Source: a virus (taxonomy: Duplodnaviria > Caudoviricetes). Taken from it: a DNA stretch of 64,000 bases. Shown in pieces: positions 39,420-48,845 of the stretch. The position numbers and the translations under genes were made by a program. The notes below the pieces were generated by a model that saw only the letters and a list, made by a program, of their open reading frames with translations, was not told the origin of the DNA and made no database searches. The DNA lies in IMG/VR virus record IMGVR_UViG_3300032285_001531. One strand, 5' to 3'. The first letter of the stretch is position 1; each line of letters begins with the position of its first letter.

Positions 39420-40565
39420 TTATCCTTTATACTGTATAAATGCAATTTTAATTGTACCTGGATCATAGTTCACTCCGCTAAATGAAGGAGTTACTGTATG
39501 AAAATGTGATGCACTAAATGTGGCATGCGGTACACTTGCTAATGTTGCGGGTGTTGCTCCTGGAATCCCTGATCCTTTGTGACTGTGATTCCACGTATTA
39601 TTTGTAACGCTACCTGTTGCGGTAATATTGTTTGCTGAACCAGCAGTAGTGTTATATGCTAATTGACTCCCTACACCCACAAAGTAATTAACCATATTTA
39701 CGGTTCCGTTATTGCCGTCACATACATACCATCCTGCAGGTAAACTTGTTAATGATCCTGAATACATTAGAATACAATTTAGATTCAAATAAGTTTCTGC
39801 AGTACTTCCCCATGCTGATAATAGTTTGGTTAGAATTGATGCAGCCGCAATAGTCAATGACAAGTTATGTGAATGAGTAGTAGTAGTTACATACGGATAA
39901 TTAGTAGATGTTACTGTTGCAGGATTATATGCATAATTAGTATCAATATGACTATGTGTTCCGCCTGTTGCAGTCGATCTAAGATTAGTTACAGGAGTAC
40001 TAGAAGTAGCACCATTAAACAATCCACCACGTATTGGTAAATTGTTAGGGGTGATTTGAGTAAATGTTGATGCAGGTTGATTCTGTGAAAACACGATACA
40101 ATCGGTAGGTAGTCTAGTTGTTTCTGCGGTACATTGTATTATAATATATGTTTGATAATTAGCCACACCAGGTACTGTTATTGTAGATAAATCGAGTGAG
40201 GTTACTGTATGATTATGAGAACCTGAGGTACCTAAATTAAACCATCCACCAGGAAAAGCAATTCCTACTGGATTATATGCAGGACCAAATGATGTTTGTG
40301 TAGGAAAGTGAGCACCTGCACTATTAATAGAAACATTCAAACTACCTGATAATGATGCAGTTGTAGTAGTTTCAATATCAACTTGCGTAGCAGTACCTTT
40401 TATATAATGACCGTCTGCTGTACCATATCTAGTCCAACCAGGCAAACTTGTAAATGTATTATTGTAAAATACCAATGCACCAATTGGTATTACCGGAGGT
40501 GGTCCTGGTAACGGGGGATAAAAACCCATTGTTGAAAAAGGAGAAGCAGTTGATAGTCTAGGCAT
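39420..40565 (-). CDS. Tail-collar/distal fibre protein with HxH motifs
   Basis: Two collar-like segments (PIGALVFY..LPGW; ILMYSG..LPAGWYVCDGNNGT) and five HxH motifs. Confidence 0.65.
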   Translation of the reverse strand: MPRLSTASPFSTMGFYPPLPGPPPVIPIGALVFYNNTFTSLPGWTRYGTADGHYIKGTATQVDIETTTTASLSGSLNVSINSAGAHFPTQTSFGPAYNPVGIAFPGGWFNLGTSGSHNHTVTSLDLSTITVPGVANYQTYIIIQCTAETTRLPTDCIVFSQNQPASTFTQITPNNLPIRGGLFNGATSSTPVTNLRSTATGGTHSHIDTNYAYNPATVTSTNYPYVTTTTHSHNLSLTIAAASILTKLLSAWGSTAETYLNLNCILMYSGSLTSLPAGWYVCDGNNGTVNMVNYFVGVGSQLAYNTTAGSANNITATGSVTNNTWNHSHKGSGIPGATPATLASVPHATFSASHFHTVTPSFSGVNYDPGTIKIAFIQYKG

Positions 40566-40566
40566 T

Positions 40567-43446
40567 TTATCCGCCGTAACTTGCTAATTGACCTAAAACT
40601 TTCCAGTCTGAAGTTGTTCGTATTAATGTGAAACCAACAACGTCTATTGCATTAGCAGTACCTACAGGGATTGTATTACTTAACCAATTAACTGTTTGAA
40701 ACACACCGTCAATCTGAAATTGATTTGCGATGTATGCACTAATTCCCTGCTCAATAATGATAGGCACAACAATAGTTCTATTGCCTGTAGTAGGAACATT
40801 AGTTAAGTTAACAGTGAAGTTATCCGCTACACTCGTGTGATAGTAAATAGCACCTGTTTGGAAATTATGTGTAACAGTTCCGGTAGCACTTGTTTTCTGA
40901 TTCATTATATCAGTTGTTTGCTGGAACGTAGCTAAGTTAGATAGATTTATTCCACCTAAATTACTAGTACCGGTTATACTTAAGTTACCGCCCGATATAG
41001 CATTAGCACTTGTAAAGTTCGCTCCGCTAACAGCACCAGTAATATTTGCGTATCCCTGTATGTTTGCACCAGTAGATGTAATGGTCATTACTAATGCACT
41101 AGAACTTGTAAATCTAATATTATTATTTGCTTGAACTACTACATTACTATTACCATTAATGATTTGACTGTTTGCAGTAACACTGACATTATACAATCCT
41201 GAACCATCACCTTGGAAAAAGTTAGCAGTAGCTAAGTTACCTAAGTTAGCATTTGCTGCTCTTAAGTTACCGAATACGTTAGCATTGCCTGAAGTTTGTA
41301 TTTGTGTAAATATACCAATATTAGGTGTATTGCCACCTATTGCACCATTGATATTTCCGAATACATTTGCGTTTACGTTATTAGCGGTAATGTTACCGGT
41401 AACAGTAAGGCTTAATAAGTTACCTACGCTTGTTATATTTGGTTGACTAACTGTAGTTAAAGTACCTGCAATATAACCCGCATTAAGATTAGCTACATTG
41501 GTAACACCACTCTTTAATACAGAGAACTTAGATATACCACCAACTTGTAAATCAATTAATAATGATCCTGCACTACTATTGGTGTCTATTATATTTTCTT
41601 TGATTCCAGTAAATGCAACACTTGCATTATTCCATGTTTGTGTAATTTGTATTGGGCTAGTAGCAGTTAGTGTTCCGGAACCAACACTTAATCCAGTTAA
41701 TGTTCCTAAGGTAGTAATATTACTTTGAGTAGCATTAACTACATTTCCTACGTAGTTTGCATAGTTAGCATTAGTAGAATTAGTTACTGTGCCGGCATAT
41801 GTTGCATAGTTTGCATTTGCAACTTCACTTACATTAGCACCATTGATACTGAATAAACTGCTGCCGTTACCTTGGAAGAAATTTGCAGTTGCTATATTAC
41901 CTAAATTGGCATTAGCTGAATTAATATTTCCAGCTACATTGAATAGATTAGATACCCTATTGAATGTAAGACCACTTGTAGCACCTAATACACCGTCATT
42001 ATTAAACAATACAAATGTATTAGCACCTGGCAAATTAATATTGCCGTTTACATTACCAGTTAAACTACCAACAAAGTAGTTAGCAGTTACGGTGTTGCCT
42101 AATGTTGCATTACCAGATGTAATAGTACCACTTACACTTAGACTAGTTAATGTCCCGACTGAAGTTATATTTGGTTGTGCTGCTGTTGTTACTGTACCAG
42201 CAGTTGTTGCTGAAGTAGCAGTAGTTGCAGTAGTTGCTGCGCCTGCGGTGACTGCATATGTTGCATTGGCTACTGTGCCAGCAACATTAGGTCCTTGTAT
42301 GTTACTTAAATTATTACCACTACCGACAAAGAAATTAGCATTTGCTGTGTTACCCAGTATAGCGTTACCGGAGGTAACTGTGCCACTAATACTTAAACTA
42401 GTTAGTATACCTACTGAAGTAATGTTAGGTTGTGCTGCAGTCACTACTGTTCCAGCAGTAGTTGCATTGCCTGAAAGATTCGCAGTAATTACATTAGCAG
42501 CAAAGCTATTAGCAGCATCACGTATTACAACTGTATCCGGTGTGTTAGTAGCAGCTGGTTCATAACCTTGTAATAATTCTGCATTTAAATTACCGATTTG
42601 TGTGTTGCTACTAACAACAAATGGTGCTGTGCCTGTAGACAGTGTGCTAATGAATTGCCCAGCTGTTTTAAAATTACCGCTTGTAAGTAAATTACCACTT
42701 CCTGAGGTTACAGAAACAGTTCCGATACTGATACCATTAGAAGAAAGATATAGTTTATCAAATCGTTGTGACGGTGAACCTAAGTCATATGTATTGCTAG
42801 AGTTAGGTAATATATCACCTACAACATTTCCACTTAAACTCAGTACAGTTAATGCACCTAAACTTGTTATATTGGGCTGTGAGCTGGATGTTAACACACC
42901 AGTAAAGTAATTAGCTGTCGCTGTGTTACCTAAACTAGCATTTGCTGCAAACACGCCCATTGATGCATTTAAGTTGCCTGTGTCAATATTACCTGACACT
43001 GCTAAACCAAGCAATGTACCTACGTTAGTGATACCTGGTTGACTAGATGCTACAATAGCACCTGAGATATTAGCCGCTACTAATGTGCTATTACCTGTAA
43101 AGAATTTTAAATTAGGATTGGCAGCGAAAACACCACCTGTATTAAACTGTACTTCAGTTGAGTTACCCGCAGCAGCCTGAGCAGATTGTGCTACCCAATC
43201 TAAGTTTCCGGTTCCGTCTGTTTTAAGTACAAAGTCAGCGGATCCGCCCGTAATTCTGACATTACCCACATTGCCCAAAGAAGTGTTACCTGTAACACTA
43301 AGATTAGGGGTTTGTAAGAACGGTATATTGATGCCTGCAGGGACGAACCCAATTCTGCTCCACGCATTATCTGTAGAACTGTATTGGTATAAAATACCAT
43401 TGATTTCGACTTGTTGCCCATTTGTGGGCGTTGCTGGCCAACTCAT
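40567..43446 (-). CDS. Long tail-fibre-like protein
   Basis: Asn/Ala/Gly/Thr-rich with QPNITSVG.L..L and ANANYA.YAG repeats; modules shared with 57561-61577. Confidence 0.7.
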   Translation of the reverse strand: MSWPATPTNGQQVEINGILYQYSSTDNAWSRIGFVPAGINIPFLQTPNLSVTGNTSLGNVGNVRITGGSADFVLKTDGTGNLDWVAQSAQAAAGNSTEVQFNTGGVFAANPNLKFFTGNSTLVAANISGAIVASSQPGITNVGTLLGLAVSGNIDTGNLNASMGVFAANASLGNTATANYFTGVLTSSSQPNITSLGALTVLSLSGNVVGDILPNSSNTYDLGSPSQRFDKLYLSSNGISIGTVSVTSGSGNLLTSGNFKTAGQFISTLSTGTAPFVVSSNTQIGNLNAELLQGYEPAATNTPDTVVIRDAANSFAANVITANLSGNATTAGTVVTAAQPNITSVGILTSLSISGTVTSGNAILGNTANANFFVGSGNNLSNIQGPNVAGTVANATYAVTAGAATTATTATSATTAGTVTTAAQPNITSVGTLTSLSVSGTITSGNATLGNTVTANYFVGSLTGNVNGNINLPGANTFVLFNNDGVLGATSGLTFNRVSNLFNVAGNINSANANLGNIATANFFQGNGSSLFSINGANVSEVANANYATYAGTVTNSTNANYANYVGNVVNATQSNITTLGTLTGLSVGSGTLTATSPIQITQTWNNASVAFTGIKENIIDTNSSAGSLLIDLQVGGISKFSVLKSGVTNVANLNAGYIAGTLTTVSQPNITSVGNLLSLTVTGNITANNVNANVFGNINGAIGGNTPNIGIFTQIQTSGNANVFGNLRAANANLGNLATANFFQGDGSGLYNVSVTANSQIINGNSNVVVQANNNIRFTSSSALVMTITSTGANIQGYANITGAVSGANFTSANAISGGNLSITGTSNLGGINLSNLATFQQTTDIMNQKTSATGTVTHNFQTGAIYYHTSVADNFTVNLTNVPTTGNRTIVVPIIIEQGISAYIANQFQIDGVFQTVNWLSNTIPVGTANAIDVVGFTLIRTTSDWKVLGQLASYGG

Positions 43447-43469
43447 GTATAGTTTTTCCTATTATTATG

Positions 43470-43475
43470 TATTTA
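43470..43475 (-). promoter_or_regulatory. Late promoter (TAAATA) for the inverted fibre module
   Basis: Minus strand acTAAATA followed by an AGGA RBS and the ATG at 43446. Confidence 0.6.
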
Positions 43476-43502
43476 GTACTATATTTTAGTTATTAGTTTT
43501 GG

Positions 43503-43567
43503 TTGACAACGGATCATTTTGGGCATATAATCTTTTACATCAACTAACAACACAGGAGCTAAAAATG
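43503..43567 (+). promoter_or_regulatory. Early sigma70 promoter-RBS cassette, copy 1
   Basis: TTGACA(43503)-17 nt-TATAAT(43526)-CTTTTACATCAACTAACAACACAGGAGCTAAAA-ATG. Confidence 0.9.
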
Positions 43568-43834
43568 TCAAAATCAATCACTTTAATGGTTTTCGAAGAT
43601 CCGGGTCACGCATGGGTTCGCTTTTCTAAAAACCGTTTGGTAGAATTGGGCATCGCAGACAAGATTTCTTACTATTCATACCAAAATGGCAACAACGCAT
43701 TTTTGGAAGAAGATTGCGACCTCAGCGTGTTAGCTAATGCACTCCGTGAGCATGGTTACGAAATCAAGTACAAAACTAATCATACCGATCGTAGCAGCAA
43801 AATTCGCAGCTTTGACCGTTATAGCTGCAAATAA
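43565..43834 (+). CDS. Early hypothetical protein (MSKSITLMVFEDPGHAW...)
   Basis: Start moved to 43565, after the AGGAG RBS; DPGHAW and FLEEDCD motifs. Confidence 0.7.
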   Translation: MSKSITLMVFEDPGHAWVRFSKNRLVELGIADKISYYSYQNGNNAFLEEDCDLSVLANALREHGYEIKYKTNHTDRSSKIRSFDRYSCK

Positions 43835-43837
43835 GGC

Positions 43838-43902
43838 TTGACAGTCAATCATTTTGGGCATATAATTATACACATACACTGATAAACAAGGAGCTACAAA
43901 TG
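43838..43902 (+). promoter_or_regulatory. Early sigma70 promoter-RBS cassette, copy 2
   Basis: TTGACA(43838)-GTCAATCATTTTGGGCA-TATAAT(43861); AAGGAGCT RBS. Confidence 0.9.
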
Positions 43903-44292
43903 GCATACATATCACAAGAAAAGAAAGCAAAAATCGCCCCAGCAGTTAAAGCTATTCTCAAAAAGTACAATGTAAAAGGTTCATTAGCTGTTCGTAATCA
44001 GATGACATTGGTACTCAATCTTAAACAAGGCTCTATTGATTTTGTAGGCAACTTCAATGCTGTAACCGGTGGCTCATTGCATGGTAATTATGTAGAATAC
44101 GTACAAGTTAATCCTTACTGGTATCATGATCATTTTGATGGCAAAGCTAAAGCATTTCTGTCAGAAGTATTGGCTGCAATGAATGATGGTAATCATGATA
44201 ACAGCAATGCTATGATTGATTACTTTGATGTGGGCTGGTATGTTGATGTTAACATTGGTAAATGGAACAAATCTTACACATTAGTCAAATAA
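43900..44292 (+). CDS. Early hypothetical protein
   Basis: 130 aa with its own promoter and RBS; ends DYFDVGWYVDVNIGKWNK. Confidence 0.75.
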   Translation: MAYISQEKKAKIAPAVKAILKKYNVKGSLAVRNQMTLVLNLKQGSIDFVGNFNAVTGGSLHGNYVEYVQVNPYWYHDHFDGKAKAFLSEVLAAMNDGNHDNSNAMIDYFDVGWYVDVNIGKWNKSYTLVK

Positions 44293-44296
44293 TTAG

Positions 44297-44361
44297 TTGA
44301 CAGTCAATCGTTTTGGGCATATAATCTTTTACATCAACTAACAACACAGGAGCTAAAAATG
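44297..44361 (+). promoter_or_regulatory. Early sigma70 promoter-RBS cassette, copy 3
   Basis: TTGACA(44297)-GTCAATCGTTTTGGGCA-TATAAT(44320); leader identical to copy 1 through the ATG. Confidence 0.9.
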
Positions 44362-44616
44362 ACTGAATTCGAAACTAAATGCTACGGTATGTCAGAAGCA
44401 GAGATTCGTGAGCAATATATCAATTCATTAACTTCTAGATTTAGTAGCACTGAAATGACGGTGATGAGCATTTTGTCAGATTGCCAAGAAATGATTGCAA
44501 TGAAGAATCCAACTATCCCGGCTCCTAACACTGATGAATGGATCCGTAAGCAGTTGAATATTGCTAAGTTTATTTTGTGCGAAATGATGGATAACAAACA
44601 TAAGGAGACTGTATAA
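44359..44616 (+). CDS. Early hypothetical protein
   Basis: 85 aa behind cassette 3. Confidence 0.7.
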   Translation: MTEFETKCYGMSEAEIREQYINSLTSRFSSTEMTVMSILSDCQEMIAMKNPTIPAPNTDEWIRKQLNIAKFILCEMMDNKHKETV

Positions 44617-44813
44617 TGTCTATTCAACTTATTGTAGATGGCTTCAACGGACGTGGTGAACGTGTGATACTTTGGAGAAAAAGCGAGTACGTATACGAAT
44701 TAGAAATTGGCTCAGGTATTCATAAAAAGAGTCTTAAGTTTTATGAAACCGAATACTACGAAGCATTGGAGCAATTTAATGCAGCAGTAGAAAATTATCA
44801 ACCAGAATATTAA
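44616..44813 (+). CDS. Early hypothetical protein
   Basis: 65 aa; TAATG-coupled; GGAG RBS. Confidence 0.6.
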   Translation: MSIQLIVDGFNGRGERVILWRKSEYVYELEIGSGIHKKSLKFYETEYYEALEQFNAAVENYQPEY

Positions 44814-44815
44814 TT

Positions 44816-45085
44816 ATGAAACACACTAGTTATAGTTTTAAATGTGAGAAAGGTAAGGGGAATTATTATCGTACCTACATCTTTCATTATTCATTTATTA
44901 CTATTGTATTTGTGCCATTATTGCTAGGTGCTATAATAGTTTTATGTAATCCATTTTGGTTCAGGACTGCATTAATTAAACAATATAATAATTCAATAGA
45001 AAGACTTACTAATTGGCGGCATTACAAAGAGTACAAGATTTATTTGGGAACAGATCCTGAAGTATGGCATTTATTAAAGGATTAA
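44816..45085 (+). CDS. Small membrane protein
   Basis: 89 aa with one hydrophobic stretch (FITIVFVPLLLGAIIVL). Confidence 0.55.
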   Translation: MKHTSYSFKCEKGKGNYYRTYIFHYSFITIVFVPLLLGAIIVLCNPFWFRTALIKQYNNSIERLTNWRHYKEYKIYLGTDPEVWHLLKD

Positions 45086-45091
45086 AAGCAG

Positions 45092-45120
45092 TTGACAGTG
45101 AATCAATCTTAGATTATAGT
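45092..45120 (+). promoter_or_regulatory. Early sigma70 promoter
   Basis: TTGACA-17 nt-TATAGT; TAGGAGCTAAAA RBS as in the cassettes. Confidence 0.8.
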
Positions 45121-45162
45121 AGTTCTTGTAGTATTTTATTTCAAATTTTTTAGGAGCTAAAA

Positions 45163-46263
45163 ATGGCATCACAAATCAGCGATAACCATACAATTACAAG
45201 TGTACAAACACGTGACGCATTACTAACCGCATTTAAAGTTAAACGCCCAATCTTTCTTTGGGGCCCTCCCGGTATCGGTAAATCTGAAGTAGTTTCAGAA
45301 GTAACTGATGAACTTGGTGGTCTTATGATTGACTTACGTATGGCTCAAATGGAACCAACTGACATTCGAGGTATCCCATACTTTAATAAAGAAAATAATA
45401 AAATGGATTGGGCACCCCCAATCGATTTACCTGATGAAGAATTAGCAGCACAATATCCAATCATTGTGTTGTTCTTAGATGAGATGAACTCAGCACCTCC
45501 TGCAGTACAAGCAGCAGGCTATCAGTTGATTTTGAATCGCCGTGTAGGTCGTTATAAACTACCAAACAATGTTGTTATCGTAGCAGCAGGTAATCGTGAC
45601 AGTGACAAAGGTGTTACTTATCGTATGCCGATGCCGCTTGCTAATCGTTTCATTCACTTAGAAATGCGTTCAGATTTTACAGCATGGCAGGCTTGGGCAG
45701 TAAATAAAGCTATTCACAAAGACGTTGTTGGTTATCTGTCATTTGCTAAAAATGACTTATATGACTTTGATAGCAAATCTTCAAGCCGTGCATTTGCTAC
45801 ACCTCGTTCATGGTGCTTTGTGAGTGACTTGTTACAAGATGAAAAAATGAGTTCTGATACTCAATTCAATCTAATTGCAGGTGCAATTGGTGAAGGTCTT
45901 GCTACTAAGTTTGCAGCACATCGCCGTATGGCAGGTAAGATGCCTGAGCCAAGCGAAATTCTTGCAGGCAAAGTAAAAGAACTAGCAGTCAAAGAAGTTT
46001 CTGCAATGTACGCACTAGCTATTGCAATGTGCTATGAATTAAAAGATGCAGTTGACAATAAGAAAGTGGATATGAAGAAGTTCCACGAAATGGCTGATAA
46101 TTTCTTTGCTTATGCGATGGCTAACTTTGAAACTGAATTGGTTGTTGTTAGTGCTAAAATTGCACTGAAAACATACAAGCTTCCAATCGAACCAAGTCAG
46201 TTGAAAAACTTTGACGAATTTCACAAGAAGTTCGGTAAGTATATCGTAGAAGCAGGTAACTAA
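45163..46263 (+). CDS. MoxR-type AAA+ ATPase
   Basis: Walker A GPPGIGKS, Walker B LFLDEMN, AAGNR, PLANRF and ATPRSW. Confidence 0.85.
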   Translation: MASQISDNHTITSVQTRDALLTAFKVKRPIFLWGPPGIGKSEVVSEVTDELGGLMIDLRMAQMEPTDIRGIPYFNKENNKMDWAPPIDLPDEELAAQYPIIVLFLDEMNSAPPAVQAAGYQLILNRRVGRYKLPNNVVIVAAGNRDSDKGVTYRMPMPLANRFIHLEMRSDFTAWQAWAVNKAIHKDVVGYLSFAKNDLYDFDSKSSSRAFATPRSWCFVSDLLQDEKMSSDTQFNLIAGAIGEGLATKFAAHRRMAGKMPEPSEILAGKVKELAVKEVSAMYALAIAMCYELKDAVDNKKVDMKKFHEMADNFFAYAMANFETELVVVSAKIALKTYKLPIEPSQLKNFDEFHKKFGKYIVEAGN

Positions 46264-46300
46264 TTTAGAGGTAGCTCCCTGGTATAGCAATATACCATTT

Positions 46301-46332
46301 GGGTGAGAGTAGAAATATTCTCACCCGTTTTT
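46301..46332 (+). terminator. Rho-independent terminator (preceded by a second GNRA hairpin at 46280-46297)
   Basis: GGGTGAGAGTA-GAAA-TATTCTCACCC followed by GTTTTT. Confidence 0.8.
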
Positions 46333-46337
46333 AATTC

Positions 46338-46366
46338 TTGACAGTGAATCTATGCTTTGCTATAAT
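46338..46366 (+). promoter_or_regulatory. Early sigma70 promoter
   Basis: TTGACA-17 nt-TATAAT; TAGGAGCTCAAA RBS. Confidence 0.85.
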
Positions 46367-46395
46367 TATTATGTTACTTTTAATAGGAGCTCAAA

Positions 46396-47682
46396 ATGAG
46401 TGATGTTGTCGGAAAGAAAAAGAAAAAACGCAGCAAAGAATTTGAAAATTTAGTAGGTCCCACTGACCCTAAAATTGATGCACAAGCACGTGAACGATTA
46501 ATTACTGCTCGTGTAGGTTTGTTATTACGTCATAGTTTTTTCGGTAATCTTGCAACACGTTTGCAAATGATTAATGCTGATGAATGGTGCAGCACTGCTG
46601 CTACCGACGGCAAACGTTTCTATTACAATTCACGTTTCATTATGATGTTAAAGACCAAAGAAGTTGAATTTTTAGTTGGTCACGAAGTATTACATGTAGT
46701 ATATGACCATATGGGTCGTAGAGGTACACGTGATCCTCAGCTATGGAACATTGCAGATGACTATGCAGTTAACGCAGATTTGAAACGTCATCGTGTAGGT
46801 GAATTCATTACTACTGTCCCTTGCTTATATGAATCAAAATATGACGGCATGAGTGCTGAGGCAATCTATGATGATTTGTATGACAAAGCAGAAAAAATCA
46901 ATATTGATGATTTGTTAGATAAGATGATTGACGATCATATGGATGGTGATGGTGAGTGTGATGGAGATAATGAGGGTGATGAAGATAGTGAAGGCAATGG
47001 CAAACGTCCTAAGATGAGTCCTGAAGAACGTGAACAAGCCCGTCAAGAAATGAAACAGGCTATTATCAGTGCTGCACAAAGTGCTGAAGCAGGTACTATT
47101 CCAAAAGGTGTTGAACGTTTAATTAAATCAGTTACTAACCCTGTTATGCCTTGGCGTGAATTGATTCAAACTAACTTAACTAGTGCTATTCGCACTGACT
47201 ATAGTTGGATACGCCCGAGTCGTAGAGGCTGGCATATGGATGCAGTAATGCCCGGCATGACACCAGGTGAAGAAATTGACGTTGATATTGCTATTGACAT
47301 GTCAGGCTCAATCAGTGACACACAAGCACAGGCATTCTTAGCTGAGATTGCAGGAATGATGGATGCATTTGATGGATACCGTGTTCATGTATTCTGCTTT
47401 GATACAAGCATTTATAATCCACGTGATTATACAAGTGAGAATCTTGACAGTATTGATGAGTATGAACCACAAGGTGGTGGCGGTACTGACTTTGATGCTG
47501 TCTTTGACTATCTAAAAGAAGCAGGTCGTGTACCAAATCGTTTAATCGTATTCACAGATGGTTATCCATGTGGTAGTTGGGGCGATTCAAATTATTGTGA
47601 TACTACTTGGATCATTCATGGTGACAAAGATCCTAATCCCCCATTTGGTACATTTGCAATATATGATGACCATAAGAAGTAA
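46396..47682 (+). CDS. Putative metallopeptidase plus vWA domain protein (DUF2201-like), partner of the MoxR ATPase
   Basis: TAATDG..HEVLH (HExxH); acidic linker; MIDAS-like DMSGS; GGGGTDF; VFTDG. Confidence 0.8.
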   Translation: MSDVVGKKKKKRSKEFENLVGPTDPKIDAQARERLITARVGLLLRHSFFGNLATRLQMINADEWCSTAATDGKRFYYNSRFIMMLKTKEVEFLVGHEVLHVVYDHMGRRGTRDPQLWNIADDYAVNADLKRHRVGEFITTVPCLYESKYDGMSAEAIYDDLYDKAEKINIDDLLDKMIDDHMDGDGECDGDNEGDEDSEGNGKRPKMSPEEREQARQEMKQAIISAAQSAEAGTIPKGVERLIKSVTNPVMPWRELIQTNLTSAIRTDYSWIRPSRRGWHMDAVMPGMTPGEEIDVDIAIDMSGSISDTQAQAFLAEIAGMMDAFDGYRVHVFCFDTSIYNPRDYTSENLDSIDEYEPQGGGGTDFDAVFDYLKEAGRVPNRLIVFTDGYPCGSWGDSNYCDTTWIIHGDKDPNPPFGTFAIYDDHKK

Positions 47683-47699
47683 CACTAACAGGAGGTAAT

Positions 47700-47819
47700 A
47701 TGGTAACAGCAGTAGAAGGTATAATAATGATTGGATTATCTGCATTTGCAATAGGTGTTGTATTGTATGTGTTAATGTGGTTAGGTAAACACACAGCCAA
47801 TGATGATGAGCAAGACTAA
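47700..47819 (+). CDS. 39-aa single-pass membrane micro-protein absent from the ORF track (MVTAVEGIIMIGLSAFAIGVVLYVLMWLGKHTANDDEQD)
   Basis: Strong AGGAGG RBS; TAATG coupling to 47819. Confidence 0.7.
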   Translation: MVTAVEGIIMIGLSAFAIGVVLYVLMWLGKHTANDDEQD

Positions 47820-48088
47820 TGATTGTAGATCCGTCTATTTGGTTTAGTGAACGTGAAGTAGAGTTCGTGCCCAAACACTTTATTAAGTGTAATAGTACTG
47901 TTTCACTTAATGGTAGAGAATGGATTTACAATAAGTGTCAGGGTCGATTTGCCTTCAGTGATGCTAAACTTTCAACTAGTGATACTTTAAATGGTCTTTC
48001 AGGAATATTGTCAAATGCAGTATGTGTTTACTTTGAAGACCAAAAAGATGCAATGATGTATGAATTACTTTGGGCAGATTCAAAGTAA
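47819..48088 (+). CDS. Hypothetical protein
   Basis: 89-aa coupled ORF. Confidence 0.6.
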   Translation: MIVDPSIWFSEREVEFVPKHFIKCNSTVSLNGREWIYNKCQGRFAFSDAKLSTSDTLNGLSGILSNAVCVYFEDQKDAMMYELLWADSK

Positions 48089-48118
48089 ATAAATTTTTTT
48101 ATTCAGGTAAACTCATAG

Positions 48119-48124
48119 TAAATA
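48119..48124 (+). promoter_or_regulatory. Late promoter (TAAATA)
   Basis: Intergenic; AGGAG RBS before 48159. Confidence 0.5.
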
Positions 48125-48158
48125 TCTCAAGCTAGTACTAGCATACAGGAGAGATAAA

Positions 48159-48845
48159 ATGAGTTTTCTAAGACACGTCGGTAAAGTTGGAGACAGAAAA
48201 GTAGCAATAATTTTCAGAGAGGTACCAGGTGAACCTCATATGTGTTTAATCACATACACTGAAGTATTGAACGCACATTTGCATGATGCAATGATGAGAA
48301 GTATTGAAAGTGATATTGGGCAGCATAGTGAAAATCTTGCTGATGCATTGAATAGAAGCTATACCCAAGATGGTAGTATTATTTTGCAAGTATTACATTC
48401 AGAAGGATTGTTGAAAAAGATGCAAACGGATAGAGTTGTCGTAACTCCTACTCCCACTACAAAAATCAAACTTTCTGAATTGAACAAAATTCTTGATGAA
48501 ATGCAACAGGGTGAAGCCGCAGTTAAACGATTGGCTGAACTTGATGCAAGTCAAGGTTTACAAGATCCAGCAGACGTTGCACGTAGAATGCGCAACAATC
48601 AAATACCACCTGTCGCAGCAGCTAACGGGGCATTAGATGATTCATTATTGGCACAGCAGCGTATGGATCAAGCAACCAAAATGGAACGTGAAGCTACTGG
48701 TTTATTGGCTGAAGCACAACGCCTCAAAGATGAAGCTATCAGTATGAATCCTGCGTTAGCACCTAAAAAAGCAAAGACTACAAAGGCTAAGCCTGTAGTA
48801 GAAGTAGCAGCACCAAAAGCTAAAAAAGTGAAGAATGTCGCCTGA
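48159..48845 (+). CDS. Hypothetical phage protein
   Basis: 228 aa with a coiled-coil and a Lys/Ala-rich tail. Confidence 0.7.
   Translation: MSFLRHVGKVGDRKVAIIFREVPGEPHMCLITYTEVLNAHLHDAMMRSIESDIGQHSENLADALNRSYTQDGSIILQVLHSEGLLKKMQTDRVVVTPTPTTKIKLSELNKILDEMQQGEAAVKRLAELDASQGLQDPADVARRMRNNQIPPVAAANGALDDSLLAQQRMDQATKMEREATGLLAEAQRLKDEAISMNPALAPKKAKTTKAKPVVEVAAPKAKKVKNVA

Noticed and set aside
43499-43564. ORF-track start at 43499 (also 26664, 28678, 35414)
   Set aside because: These N-terminal extensions run through promoters or upstream genes; downstream ATGs have a proper RBS or stop-start coupling.
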